DNA of 32,000 nt from Lewinellaceae bacterium. Its GTDB lineage: Bacteria; Bacteroidota; Bacteroidia; Chitinophagales; Saprospiraceae. Positions 15,740 through 24,467 of this stretch are shown piece by piece (the first letter of the stretch is position 1; every line of letters starts with the position of its first letter). Location: assembly GCA_963803525.1 (NCBI GenBank), contig CAWDMV010000012.1:209354-241353 (forward strand), read 5' to 3'. The notes under the pieces are model-generated. The model worked only from the letters and a program-made list of their open reading frames with translations, was not told the DNA's origin and ran no database searches. Made by a program: the position numbers and the translations under genes.

Positions 15740-16197
15740 CCGAAGGACTTGTAGTCCGTGAGGTAGGATAGGTTGGCCCCGAAGTTGGGGTGACCCCCGT
15801 TTAGCACCTGGCGGCGCCACTTCCGCAGTTGCCCGAAACTGAGCATCCAGAGCGAACGGCATTCGTCGAGGTAGCGCGCAACGGTACTGCGATGGCCCAG
15901 CTCCAGCAAGCGTTCAGCGAGCAGCATATTCGGCCCGAAGGCTTTCATCTGTCGGGAGCCCGGCGTACGCGCCGAATTGAGTAAATAATCAGCGGCCTCT
16001 GCTACCCGGTTGTGCTGGAGTTCGACGAGGCCGAGTAAGGTATTGGCCTGATGGATGGCATTGCCGTAATTGGCACTATTGCGGTGGCGTTCGGCGGCGG
16101 CGAGGTAGTCCGCGGCGATGCGGGACACCGCGAAGTAATCGCGTTTGTCGAAGGCCAGTAACAGGGTACGACCCAGTAGTAGGAATTCCTTTTCCAT
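15736..16197 (-). CDS. Hypothetical all-helical (TPR-like) protein, paralog 1 of a tandem pair
   Basis: 153-aa ORF with ATG at 16197. It is about half identical to the upstream neighbour and shares the motifs NYGNA(I/V)HQAN, ARTPGS, GPNMLLA and the C-terminal PNFGANLSYL..KSFG. Confidence 0.7.
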   Translation of the reverse strand: MEKEFLLLGRTLLLAFDKRDYFAVSRIAADYLAAAERHRNSANYGNAIHQANTLLGLVELQHNRVAEAADYLLNSARTPGSRQMKAFGPNMLLAERLLELGHRSTVARYLDECRSLWMLSFGQLRKWRRQVLNGGHPNFGANLSYLTDYKSFG

Positions 16198-16206
16198 GAA
16201 AGTGTA

Positions 16207-16234
16207 TTGAAAGCTACATGATCCGAGCTTTCAA
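16207..16234 (-). promoter_or_regulatory. Perfect 9-bp inverted repeat (TTGAAAGCT-N10-AGCTTTCAA) 10 nt upstream of the paralog-1 start codon
   Basis: Read directly from the sequence. No U-tract follows on the minus strand, so it is not a canonical terminator. It could be an operator or a 5'-UTR hairpin. Confidence 0.3.
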
Positions 16235-16319
16235 CGCGCTTTCCTACGGTATGTTATTGTAGTTTAACAATATTTATACCAATAATTCTTTCGGTGGAAT
16301 CTTGGTTTACGCAATTTTC

Positions 16320-16829
16320 CTACCCAAATGACTTCGGATCCAGCAGGTAACTCAGGTTGGCACCAAAATTAGGCGTGCGTCCCGCCCGAATCTCCAGCTT
16401 CCACTTCCAGAGACGACCCATACTCAGTCGCCAGAATTTACCGCACCTTTCTAGATAGCGAAGTACGGTGCGCCGCCGACCGCTCTCGAGTAGTTTTTGC
16501 GCCAGGAGCATGTTCGGCCCCATGCCCTTCAGCTGGGAGGACCCCGGCGTACGGGCGGCAGCCAGTAGGTACTGCTCGGCCAACTCCACTTCCTGCCGCT
16601 CGAGCGCGATCAGTCCCAGGACTATGTTCGCCTGGTGGACGGCGTTGCCGTAGTTCTTCGAATGCCGGTTGCGTTCCGCGGCCTCGAGATAATCCTTGGC
16701 CAGGTGGCGCACCGTCTGGGGGTCGCGATGCTGGAAGGCCTTAAGCAGTTGGAGACCACGCAGCACGAAGCTGTTCCCCGCATAAGCGGGATTTGGCAGC
16801 ATGGTCGCTGCCAGATTAGGGTTTTTCAT
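16320..16829 (-). CDS. Hypothetical all-helical (TPR-like) protein, paralog 2 of a tandem pair
   Basis: The track ORF 16320..16859 begins at a TTG, and the first ATG is at 16829 (MKNPNLAATM...). It carries the same conserved motifs and the same C-terminal PNFGANLSYL..KSFG as paralog 1. Confidence 0.7.
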   Translation of the reverse strand: MKNPNLAATMLPNPAYAGNSFVLRGLQLLKAFQHRDPQTVRHLAKDYLEAAERNRHSKNYGNAVHQANIVLGLIALERQEVELAEQYLLAAARTPGSSQLKGMGPNMLLAQKLLESGRRRTVLRYLERCGKFWRLSMGRLWKWKLEIRAGRTPNFGANLSYLLDPKSFG

Positions 16830-17081
16830 GAGACGTAGAGTAGAGACAACTAAAAACAAACACTAAGCTAAAGATAGGTGATTTCTACCCGCACGCAAGT
16901 GCTAAACCCCGGGGGGTAAGACCTTTAACGTTTTTTGGCGGGTACAATAAAAAATCAAGTTTGACGGGCACGAAAGCGAAAACGTGTACACCGACCCTAA
17001 CGGATAGTACCCAATCGACCCGCACGGGCCTGACCCGCAGGGCCGTAGCTCATGGCCGGGGCTTCCCAGCTTGTCGACCTA

Positions 17082-17266
17082 AGAGCTTGTTTGGGTTTTC
17101 CGAGCCTGACGGAAAACGCCGCTATCTTGGGGATAATCGAGCCTCGGGAAGGGGAGGTGCACTTCGTGGCTGCTTCGCGGTGACGGGCTAAGTGACGCTT
17201 TTCGAGGCGAAGAGCAGGCGCAGAATAGCAAGTTTACGGCGGTGAGCGGAATCCCAAACAAGCTCT
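17082..17266. repeat. 185-nt long imperfect fold-back element (candidate structured sRNA or second MITE family)
   Basis: Perfect 14-bp terminal inverted repeat AGAGCTTGTTTGGG / CCCAAACAAGCTCT. Further nested pairings by eye: TTCCG/CGGAA, CGCC/GGCG, GCTAT/ATAGC, GCCTCG/CGAGGC, CACTT/AAGTG. It lies in a 520-bp gene-free gap. Confidence 0.5.
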
Positions 17267-17382
17267 AGGCCCGATCGAAGGACCGGCAAGGATTAGATGG
17301 CCCGCCGCCCCGCGACTGATCTTTTCTCGGGACCACAGAGTTATGTTGCTGCCGCCGACCTCCCGGCTAAACCCGACCGCCT

Positions 17383-17865
17383 ATGAACTCCACCGATGCT
17401 CTTTTTCAATCCGTCCGCGCCCAGGATGCCGGTCGCGTATCCGAACTCGTAAGCAGTGATGCCGCCCTCCTGGATGCCCGCGACGAACGTGGGTCTACCG
17501 CCCTGGTGTTGGCTACTTATCTGGGGGACCTGCCTACCACCCGCGCCCTCGTCGAATCCGGCGCGCAAGTCGACGCGCAGGATGCTGCGGGCAACACCGC
17601 CCTCATGGGCGTATGTTTTCGTGGTCACGCTGATATCGCCCGCTACCTGTTGGCACGAGGGGCCAGCCCCGCGGTCACCAGCCAGAGCGGAGCAACCGCC
17701 CTGACCTTTGCCGCCACCTTTAATCAACCGATAATGGTAGACCTCCTACTCGATGCCGGTGCCGATCCGGCGCACCGGGATACGCGTGGACTCACTCCCG
17801 CCGATCACGCCCGGGGTCAGGGTCACCAGGCATTAGCCGAGCGCTTGGATCAGGCTGGTAAGTAG
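17383..17865 (+). CDS. Ankyrin-repeat protein
   Basis: 160-aa ORF with three to four ANK repeats, for example GSTALVLATYLGDLPTTRALVESGAQVDAQD, GNTALMGVCFRGHADIARYLLARGASP and GATALTFAATFNQPIMVDLLLDAGADP. Confidence 0.85.
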   Translation: MNSTDALFQSVRAQDAGRVSELVSSDAALLDARDERGSTALVLATYLGDLPTTRALVESGAQVDAQDAAGNTALMGVCFRGHADIARYLLARGASPAVTSQSGATALTFAATFNQPIMVDLLLDAGADPAHRDTRGLTPADHARGQGHQALAERLDQAGK

Positions 17866-17993
17866 ATGGACTTCGCGCGGCCACTGAGAGTGAATGCTGA
17901 CTTGCCCTTTTCGCGCCTACCGGGGAAACGAACGCAATTGCATTCCGATACAGCCAAGCCACCCCCTAACGCGTTACCTCCCTAAAGTTGAAT

Positions 17994-18125
17994 ATGGTTT
18001 ACCTCGCCTTTCCCCAGGTCCTGGGAGGAACCGGACCGGTCGCTTACCTCGTCCTGGCCGTCATCGTGACCGTGATGTTGCTGATCGTCTGGTTCATTTA
18101 CCGCCAGTTGCAGGAGGAGCCCTAA
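17994..18125 (+). CDS. Possible 43-aa single-pass membrane peptide (not in the ORF track)
   Basis: ATG at 17994 and TAA at 18123-18125. Translation: MVYLAFPQVLGGTGPVAYLVLAVIVTVMLLIVWFIYRQLQEEP. One hydrophobic helix is followed by a charged tail. About 35 of 42 third codon positions are G/C. Confidence 0.4.
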   Translation: MVYLAFPQVLGGTGPVAYLVLAVIVTVMLLIVWFIYRQLQEEP

Positions 18126-19522
18126 ACCGTGGCAGCTCTTACGGACTCCCGCATCAGCGACCGGACGAAGTCCAGGAAATGGTTGAGGTCCTTCCTTACG
18201 GTCGCCAGCCCGACCGATATACGGGTAGCCCCCCGCCGGTGCCCCAGGGATGCGATCATGCTGGCGTAGTCAGCCTGGGCAAGCGCGGCGAAATAGTTGC
18301 GCAGGTCCACCCCGGAAACGCCGGAAATAATTTCGTCGAGCCCCGGATTGCAAAAGCAGCCCGAGCGCAGGGAAATGCGTCGGCGATTGGCCCGGGCTTC
18401 TACCTCCTCGAAGGGGAAGCGGCGGCCGGCGGCATCGTAAAAAGCCATTACCAGGGTGCCCCCCGCGCGACCGCGGTCCTCGGGGCCGAAGATGCGTACG
18501 GCCGGGCTCCCGTCCGGATGGCGGAGTTCCCGCAAGCGGTCGTAGAGGTAGTTGGTGAGCGCCGCCGTGCGCGCCCGAATGCGCTCCATCCCGATGCCGG
18601 AAACGTAGTCCAGACCGATCTTCAGGGCCGGTAGGTCCAGGTAGTTCAGCGTACCGTCCTCGAAGCGCTCGGGACCGTCCAGTAAACGGTGGTCGGGGTG
18701 GGCCACGGAAGCCAGGCGTACCGTCCCCCCGGCAAACCACCGCTTGCGCAGGCGCGCAAACTTGTCTTTGCGGACGAGCAGACAGCCCAGTCCCGTCGGG
18801 TAGCCAAAGATCTTATAAAAGGATACGCACACGAAGTCGGGGCGGCAAGCGCGCAGGTGCAGCGGATTGCCCGGCGCGAAAGCCGCCGCATCCAGCAGCA
18901 CGTCCCAACCGAGCGCCTGTGCCCGCCCGATCCAGTCTAGGGAATGCCGGACCCCGGATACGTTAGATTGCGCGGGATAGGCAAAGAGCCGGGGGGAAGG
19001 TCCCGCCGGTCGGTCGAGCTCGCCCCGCAGGAAGTCTTCGTCGATGGTCAGGTCGTGACGGTGAACCGGCGCGGTGGAAAAACGGGCACCCGCGGCTTGC
19101 GCGTACTCCCGGATGCCGTTGACGGAGTTGTGATTATCGGCCAGCATCAGGTAGTGGCTGCCGGTACCAAAGACGTAGTTTTCGCCGACCAGCTTGAGGG
19201 CACCCGAGGCATTGGGGGTAAAGACGCAGTAATAGTCATCGCCGGCGCCGAAGAAGTCCAGTACCGCCCGGCGGGTACGCGCGATGAGGGCCGTGGCGTG
19301 GCGGGAGGTGGGATTGGTGGAGTGGGGGTTGCCCAGGGTAGACTTGCGTAACAGCGCGTGGTGGTCATCTAACTGGCGTGCGGCGGGCAGGTTACCTCCG
19401 GTGTAGTCGAGGTAGACGTGCCCCTCCAGGTCGAGGCGGGCGTATTCTCGCTGGCGCAACGCTTCGAAGTACGCGTCGTAGGACAGCGGTTGTGGACGGT
19501 GGGGTAGGGTAGCGTGGGTCAA
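18122..19522 (-). CDS. Class-V aminotransferase-fold PLP enzyme (NifS / molybdenum-cofactor-sulfurase N-domain-like)
   Basis: 466-aa ORF. Motifs are YLDYTGG, NPHS and CVSFYKIFGYPTGLGCLLVRK (PLP lysine), as in the MOCOS/ABA3 NifS-like domain. The only available start is a TTG at 19522, so the start is uncertain. Confidence 0.85.
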   Translation of the reverse strand: MTHATLPHRPQPLSYDAYFEALRQREYARLDLEGHVYLDYTGGNLPAARQLDDHHALLRKSTLGNPHSTNPTSRHATALIARTRRAVLDFFGAGDDYYCVFTPNASGALKLVGENYVFGTGSHYLMLADNHNSVNGIREYAQAAGARFSTAPVHRHDLTIDEDFLRGELDRPAGPSPRLFAYPAQSNVSGVRHSLDWIGRAQALGWDVLLDAAAFAPGNPLHLRACRPDFVCVSFYKIFGYPTGLGCLLVRKDKFARLRKRWFAGGTVRLASVAHPDHRLLDGPERFEDGTLNYLDLPALKIGLDYVSGIGMERIRARTAALTNYLYDRLRELRHPDGSPAVRIFGPEDRGRAGGTLVMAFYDAAGRRFPFEEVEARANRRRISLRSGCFCNPGLDEIISGVSGVDLRNYFAALAQADYASMIASLGHRRGATRISVGLATVRKDLNHFLDFVRSLMRESVRAATV

Positions 19523-19639
19523 GTGTCTCGTTATGCGTGTTCGTTGGTAGTCTATACCGCACCATTCCGCCTTGTTACTCCCTGCCGGGACGATTCCCGT
19601 GTGTACGACTACCGACCAGCCGCACCGTCCGCCGTGGTG

Positions 19640-20440
19640 CTACTGGGGGGTACGGAATACCCACGGCCCGTACGCCATTTCCGGCCGGGCAGCCAGCGCG
19701 TTTAGGTTCTGGGATAGGGCCTGCGTACGGCGGTACTGCCGGGGGGGCGTCCGCTCGAAATCCGTTACGATCTCCACCAAGTTGGGTGCGGGATCGGTCT
19801 CGAAGCGAAACTCGCGGGTCCGGAGTACGTTTCCCGCCGTATCGGTGAGGGTATACACGCGTTCGTAGCCGTAGTCGCCCATATCCGTTTGCCGCACGGT
19901 GAGTCGCTCACCGGCCCGGTCGTACACGCTTATGATGCTCTCGGCGTCGCCTCCGCTGCTTTCCCGGCTGTCTATGGGGGTCCAGTCGGCTAAGTCGTAC
20001 GCACCGAAGTGGGCAAACTCGAACCGTTCGGGACCGCGGTAGCCCATACCCTTCGTCTCCCCCGGCCGCTGCAGCGCGCCGGCGAACACCCAGCCCTGAA
20101 TACTATCGGTGGTCAACACCTCTAGCCAGGGCTCGCGGAACGCCGTACCCCGCAGTACGATGGTTTCCTCCAGATCGGAGGCCCGCCCGGTGTACGTCAG
20201 GGGCGTCCCTTCGCTAAGCTGCAGGAGGATCTCCGACTGCTTGTCGGGGTCGGCCCGAATGAAGAGCCCATCGACCCAGGCCGTCAGCTGGTCGCCTTTC
20301 GCCAGCGGGGGTGGGGGGGAGTCGGGACTTAGCGTGTCCTGGAGGACGTCGGTAGGAGCAATCGGGGGATTGGCCTCGGGAGCCTCCCCACAGCTAAAAA
20401 AGAGGCAGCTGGTCAGCGCCGCGCAGACGAATAGACGCAT
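19640..20440 (-). CDS. Hypothetical lipoprotein
   Basis: 266-aa ORF with ATG at 20440. The lipoprotein-type signal is MRLFVCAALTSCLFFSCGE. I recognise no family with confidence. Confidence 0.65.
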   Translation of the reverse strand: MRLFVCAALTSCLFFSCGEAPEANPPIAPTDVLQDTLSPDSPPPPLAKGDQLTAWVDGLFIRADPDKQSEILLQLSEGTPLTYTGRASDLEETIVLRGTAFREPWLEVLTTDSIQGWVFAGALQRPGETKGMGYRGPERFEFAHFGAYDLADWTPIDSRESSGGDAESIISVYDRAGERLTVRQTDMGDYGYERVYTLTDTAGNVLRTREFRFETDPAPNLVEIVTDFERTPPRQYRRTQALSQNLNALAARPEMAYGPWVFRTPQ

Positions 20441-20559
20441 AAGTGGGATCGGTTAGCCACAAAGTTAGTCACTTACCCGGCACTCCGCGCGCCGCCGCCC
20501 CGGGGCAAATTGTCTACCGGCCCCTCCAACGATTCGGGGTCCTTTTCGTTATTGCAGCA

Positions 20560-22398
20560 ATGACGACGGAAGACTACAAGCGCATCGCCGACACCGTGCC
20601 CAAGCAACCCGGGGTGTACCGCTTCATCGGGCCCGATGACGCCATCCTGTACGTGGGGAAAGCGAAGACGCTGCGCAACCGCGTAGCCAGTTACTTCGGC
20701 GACCGCAAGGACCGCCTGAACCGCACCCGCGTCATGGTCAAGAACGCCCACCGCCTGGAATTCACCATCGTGGAATCGGAGGCCGACGCCCTCCTGCTCG
20801 AGAACGCCCTCATCAAAACCCACCAGCCGCGCTACAACATCAACCTGAAGGACGATAAGAACTACAGCTACATCTGCATTAAAAAGGAGCGCTTCCCCCG
20901 CGTATTCATCACGCGGCAGGTGTGGCGCGACGGCAGTTACTACTTCGGACCCTATACCAGCAAGGGCCAGCTCAAGATCATCCTCGACCTGGTCAAGCAA
21001 CTCTTCCCCCTGCGCACGTGCAACCTGAACCTGAGTCCGGAAAACATCGAGGCGGGCAAGTTTAAAGTCTGTCTGGAGTACCACATCAAAAACTGCGAGG
21101 GGCCCTGCGTGGGCGAGGAAGACGAGGAGAGCTACAACGAGAAGATCGAGCAGGTCAAGAACATCCTGAAGGGCAACTTCGCGGAGGTAAAGCGCCACTT
21201 CCAGGCCGAGATGGAGGAGCTGGCCGAGCAGCTCGAGTTCGAGCGCGCGCAGCAGATCGCCGACAAGCTCCGGGCCTTCGAGAAGTACCAGAGCAAATCG
21301 ACCATCGTATCGACCAGCATCCGCGACCTGGACGTCTTCGGCGTGGCGATGGACGAAAAGGAGGCCTACCTCAACTACATCAAGATCGTCAACGGGGCGG
21401 TCATCCACACCCACACCCAGGAGATCGAGATGAACCTCGACGACGACGAGGAGAGCCTGCTCACCTACGCCATCCCCGAGCTGCGCGACCGCTTCAACAG
21501 CATCGCCCCGGAGATCATCCTTAACCACGAGCTGGAGCTGCCCGGGGTGGAAGCCTCCGTGACCGTGCCCAAGATCGGCGATAAGAAGAAGTTGCTGGAC
21601 CTCAGCGAGAAGAACGCGAAGTACATGCTGCTGCAGCGCAAGAAGGCCCGCATCAGCCACGCCAACCGGCAGACGCCCGCCGAGCGTATCCTCAAGCAGC
21701 TGCAGGCCGATCTGCAGATGGACGAGCTGCCCTTCCACCTCGAGTGCTTCGACAACTCCAATATCCAGGGCACGAACCCGGCCAGCGCCTGCGTCGTCTT
21801 CAAAAACGCCAAGCCCAGCAAGAAGGACTACCGCCACTACAACATCAAAACGGTGGTCGGCCCCGACGACTTCGCCAGCATGAAGGAGGTCGTGCACCGC
21901 CGCTACCGCCGCCTGGTCGACGAGGGCGAACCCCTGCCCCAGCTGGTCATCATCGACGGCGGCAAGGGGCAGCTCAGTCACGCCATGGAGAGCATCGACC
22001 TGCTCGGCCTGCGCGGCAGGATGACCGTCGTCGGCATCGCCAAGCGCCTGGAGGAAATTTACTTCCCCGACGACCCGGTGCCCATCCACATCAACAAGAA
22101 GTCGGAATCCCTGAGGCTCATCCAGCAGGCCCGCGACGAGGCCCACCGCTTCAGCCTGCGCCACCACCGCAACAAGCGCAGCATCGGTATGCTCCAGACC
22201 GAGTTGCTCAACATCCCCGGAGTGGGGGAGAAGACGGTCCAAAAACTCATCGCCCACTTCGGCAGCACCAAAAAGGTCAAAAACGCCCTCGCCAGCGAAA
22301 TCGCCGAAGCCACTAACCTCAGCACCGCCAAAAAGGTGATGGACTACTTCCGGCGGCAGGAGATCGTGGCGGGGGAAGTGCCGAAAGACCGGGGATAG
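20560..22398 (+). CDS. uvrC: Excinuclease ABC subunit C
   Basis: Uses the frame of track ORF 20443..22398, with ATG at 20560 (MTTEDYKRIADTVPKQPGVYRF). It has the GIY-YIG motif (GVYRF...ILYVGKAKTLRNRV), a UVR domain, an endonuclease domain and a C-terminal helix-hairpin-helix (LLNIPGVGEKTVQKL). Confidence 0.97.
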   Translation: MTTEDYKRIADTVPKQPGVYRFIGPDDAILYVGKAKTLRNRVASYFGDRKDRLNRTRVMVKNAHRLEFTIVESEADALLLENALIKTHQPRYNINLKDDKNYSYICIKKERFPRVFITRQVWRDGSYYFGPYTSKGQLKIILDLVKQLFPLRTCNLNLSPENIEAGKFKVCLEYHIKNCEGPCVGEEDEESYNEKIEQVKNILKGNFAEVKRHFQAEMEELAEQLEFERAQQIADKLRAFEKYQSKSTIVSTSIRDLDVFGVAMDEKEAYLNYIKIVNGAVIHTHTQEIEMNLDDDEESLLTYAIPELRDRFNSIAPEIILNHELELPGVEASVTVPKIGDKKKLLDLSEKNAKYMLLQRKKARISHANRQTPAERILKQLQADLQMDELPFHLECFDNSNIQGTNPASACVVFKNAKPSKKDYRHYNIKTVVGPDDFASMKEVVHRRYRRLVDEGEPLPQLVIIDGGKGQLSHAMESIDLLGLRGRMTVVGIAKRLEEIYFPDDPVPIHINKKSESLRLIQQARDEAHRFSLRHHRNKRSIGMLQTELLNIPGVGEKTVQKLIAHFGSTKKVKNALASEIAEATNLSTAKKVMDYFRRQEIVAGEVPKDRG

Positions 22399-22475
22399 CA
22401 TAAAATCTTTGTCGGTAACGCGCTTTTTGTATATTAGAGTTGATATACCAAATCATTCGCTTTTACCCTCACACT

Positions 22476-22766
22476 ATGAGAAAGTATTTTAACCAGCTCG
22501 CTCTCGGTTTGGCCTTCTGTCTGGTCTGCCTCCTGTCCAGTTGCGCCGTCACGCTTCCCGTCAACGCCACCAGCAACCCGCTGGGTGCAAAAGTAGGTCG
22601 GGCAACCGCCACCGGCTACCTCGGGGTACTCTTCTTCGACCAGGACGCCAGCATTCAGACGGCCGCCCGTAATGCCGGGATCACCCGCATTTCGACCGTC
22701 GACATCAAGCACACCAGCGTGCTGAACCTCATCGTAACGTACGAAACGATCGTCACCGGCGAATAA
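22476..22766 (+). CDS. TRL-like family lipoprotein
   Basis: ATG at 22476 (MRKYFNQLALGLAFCLVCLLSSC). The body LPVNATSNPLGAKVGRA...DASIQTAARNAGITRISTVD...VTGE fits the TRL-like family pattern. Confidence 0.75.
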   Translation: MRKYFNQLALGLAFCLVCLLSSCAVTLPVNATSNPLGAKVGRATATGYLGVLFFDQDASIQTAARNAGITRISTVDIKHTSVLNLIVTYETIVTGE

Positions 22767-22778
22767 TCCTCGCCCGAT

Positions 22779-23342
22779 ATGCCCAATATGGCCGTGGCCC
22801 CTCTCCGGTGCATCAGTTATGCCCTTATGCTTACCCTCCTGAGCTGCGGAATTCGCCCCACCGTAAGTAGTGGAGGCTCCAGTAAGTACTATACCATCTT
22901 CTACGCCGGAGCGGAGCAGGGTGCCCAGTACTTCATCAACCCCCACGCCTTCGCCACGGAGGCGGGGCAGACGCTTACGGTCGACCTCACCTTCCGCGAC
23001 GGGAAGTTCGCGACCGATTCGGCCACCGTGAATTATACCCTGGCGTCCGACCGTCAGCTCGGTCCCCGGCAGGGTATATCCCTGTACGACGAAACGGGCG
23101 AACGGGTCTTTTCGGTCACCGGCGTGGATCGTCTGTTCCAGGAGCGGACCAAACAGGGCTTCCTGTCGCGGTATACCTCAAAGGTGGCCAATTTAAGTCT
23201 CGCACGGGGCTACGCCCGGGCCGGGCATACCTACCGGACGGAACTGGAAGGCCGCTCCCTGACCTTCCTACCCACCCGCAAAACGCAGCAGCTCGTTGCG
23301 GCGGTGGAGCGCGATATTTTTAGCCTGCAGACGGACCGCTAG
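22779..23342 (+). CDS. Hypothetical lipoprotein
   Basis: 187-aa ORF with the signal/lipobox ALMLTLLSCG. Its codon bias resembles that of its neighbours. No family was recognised. Confidence 0.55.
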   Translation: MPNMAVAPLRCISYALMLTLLSCGIRPTVSSGGSSKYYTIFYAGAEQGAQYFINPHAFATEAGQTLTVDLTFRDGKFATDSATVNYTLASDRQLGPRQGISLYDETGERVFSVTGVDRLFQERTKQGFLSRYTSKVANLSLARGYARAGHTYRTELEGRSLTFLPTRKTQQLVAAVERDIFSLQTDR

Positions 23343-23403
23343 TACCGCCCCGGCTTTCCGCAACCACGAGCTGCATCATCCGGTAAAGGACTACCTTAGC
23401 GCG

Positions 23404-24405
23404 ATGCGCCCGACTGTATTCTGCCTGCTCCTGCTTTCTTTCTCCAATTGCCGGGAAACGTTTGACCTGGAGGCCGACTTCGAAGACAGGCCCGTAGTGT
23501 TTGCTTATCTGGATGCCGAGGACCCCGTGCACTACGTGCGCCTGGAACGGGTCGTACAAGCGGGCGGCGGGGACGCGGGTGCCGCGGCCGGAAACCCCGA
23601 TCAGCTCTACTACGGACCCGCTGCGGCTACCGTCACCCTCACCAACGAGGCGCTGAACCTGAGTGTGGAAATGGAACGCGTGGATGGCACGGACGTGGGC
23701 CTGCCCCGGCAGGCGGGCGTTTTCGCTACCACGCCAAATATTTTGTACCGGGCCGCGCAGTCGGACCTGCGGCTCGCCGGAGGGCAGGAAGCGACCCTGA
23801 CGGTGCAACGGCCGGGGGAACCAGACGTCGAAGCCCGGACGACGCTGCTGGCTCCCGTAGAATTTATCCGCCCGTCGACCACCGCCCGGATCGATGACTA
23901 CCGCCGCCCCCTACTGCTCTCCTGGGAAGCCGGGGAGCGGGCCGCCGTGTTTAACGTACGCTTCATCTTTCACCTGCGGGAGTTCAGCGCCGCCGACCCC
24001 TCCCAGGACCGGGAGGTAGATTTAGTCTACGAGCTGGACACCCGCTACCAGCCGGACGGGGAGAACCGTTCCGCTAACCAAGTGCGCTTCGAGGTCAATA
24101 ACGAGGCGATCTACCAGTTTATCGGTCGCAGTCTGCCCGCGCAGGACGGCACCACGCGGCGCTTCGACAGCTTCGACCTGCAGGTGGCGGCGGTCGGCGA
24201 GGAAGTTACCCGCCTGCTCTCCCTGGAGAACGCCAATGCCGGCCTGACCAGCGCCCAGGCGCTTCCGCGCTACACGAATGTCACGAACGGGGAAGGGCTC
24301 TTTACCAGCCGGACCGTCTCCACGCGTACGGGTATCGTACTGGATGACGCCAGCCTGGATAGCCTGAGCAACGGACAGTACACCCGCGCCCTGAATTTCC
24401 GTTAG
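23404..24405 (+). CDS. Hypothetical lipoprotein (DUF4249-like)
   Basis: Uses the frame of track ORF 23296..24405, with ATG at 23404 (MRPTVFCLLLLSFSNC). The start of the mature protein (...DRPVVFAYLDAEDPVHYVRLERV) resembles the DUF4249 N-terminus. The family call is tentative. Confidence 0.6.
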   Translation: MRPTVFCLLLLSFSNCRETFDLEADFEDRPVVFAYLDAEDPVHYVRLERVVQAGGGDAGAAAGNPDQLYYGPAAATVTLTNEALNLSVEMERVDGTDVGLPRQAGVFATTPNILYRAAQSDLRLAGGQEATLTVQRPGEPDVEARTTLLAPVEFIRPSTTARIDDYRRPLLLSWEAGERAAVFNVRFIFHLREFSAADPSQDREVDLVYELDTRYQPDGENRSANQVRFEVNNEAIYQFIGRSLPAQDGTTRRFDSFDLQVAAVGEEVTRLLSLENANAGLTSAQALPRYTNVTNGEGLFTSRTVSTRTGIVLDDASLDSLSNGQYTRALNFR

Positions 24406-24467
24406 CCGGCAGGAAGATTCCCGGGTATTGTGCAGAACCTTTCTGGCGTCGGTCCACTTCCCCACGT

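Noticed and set aside
17017-17044. Short direct repeat GACCCGCACGGGCC / GACCCGCAGGGCC
   Set aside because: It consists of only two short GC-rich units inside a GC-rich intergenic region. There is no further periodicity and no spacer structure, so it is not a CRISPR array or a convincing binding-site array.
17894-18634. 246-aa plus-strand ORF downstream of the ankyrin gene
   Set aside because: Most of it is antisense to the class-V PLP enzyme gene, and its translation is Arg/Pro/Gly-rich. Only a different, short frame (17994..18125) in the intergenic part looks coding.
20473-22401. 642-aa ORF on the minus strand spanning the entire uvrC locus
   Set aside because: This is a shadow ORF antisense to a gene with unmistakable UvrC motifs. 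Its translation is low-complexity (V/L/G/D/A/H-rich) with no recognisable domain. Long antisense ORFs are expected where the sense strand has strong G/C third-position bias.
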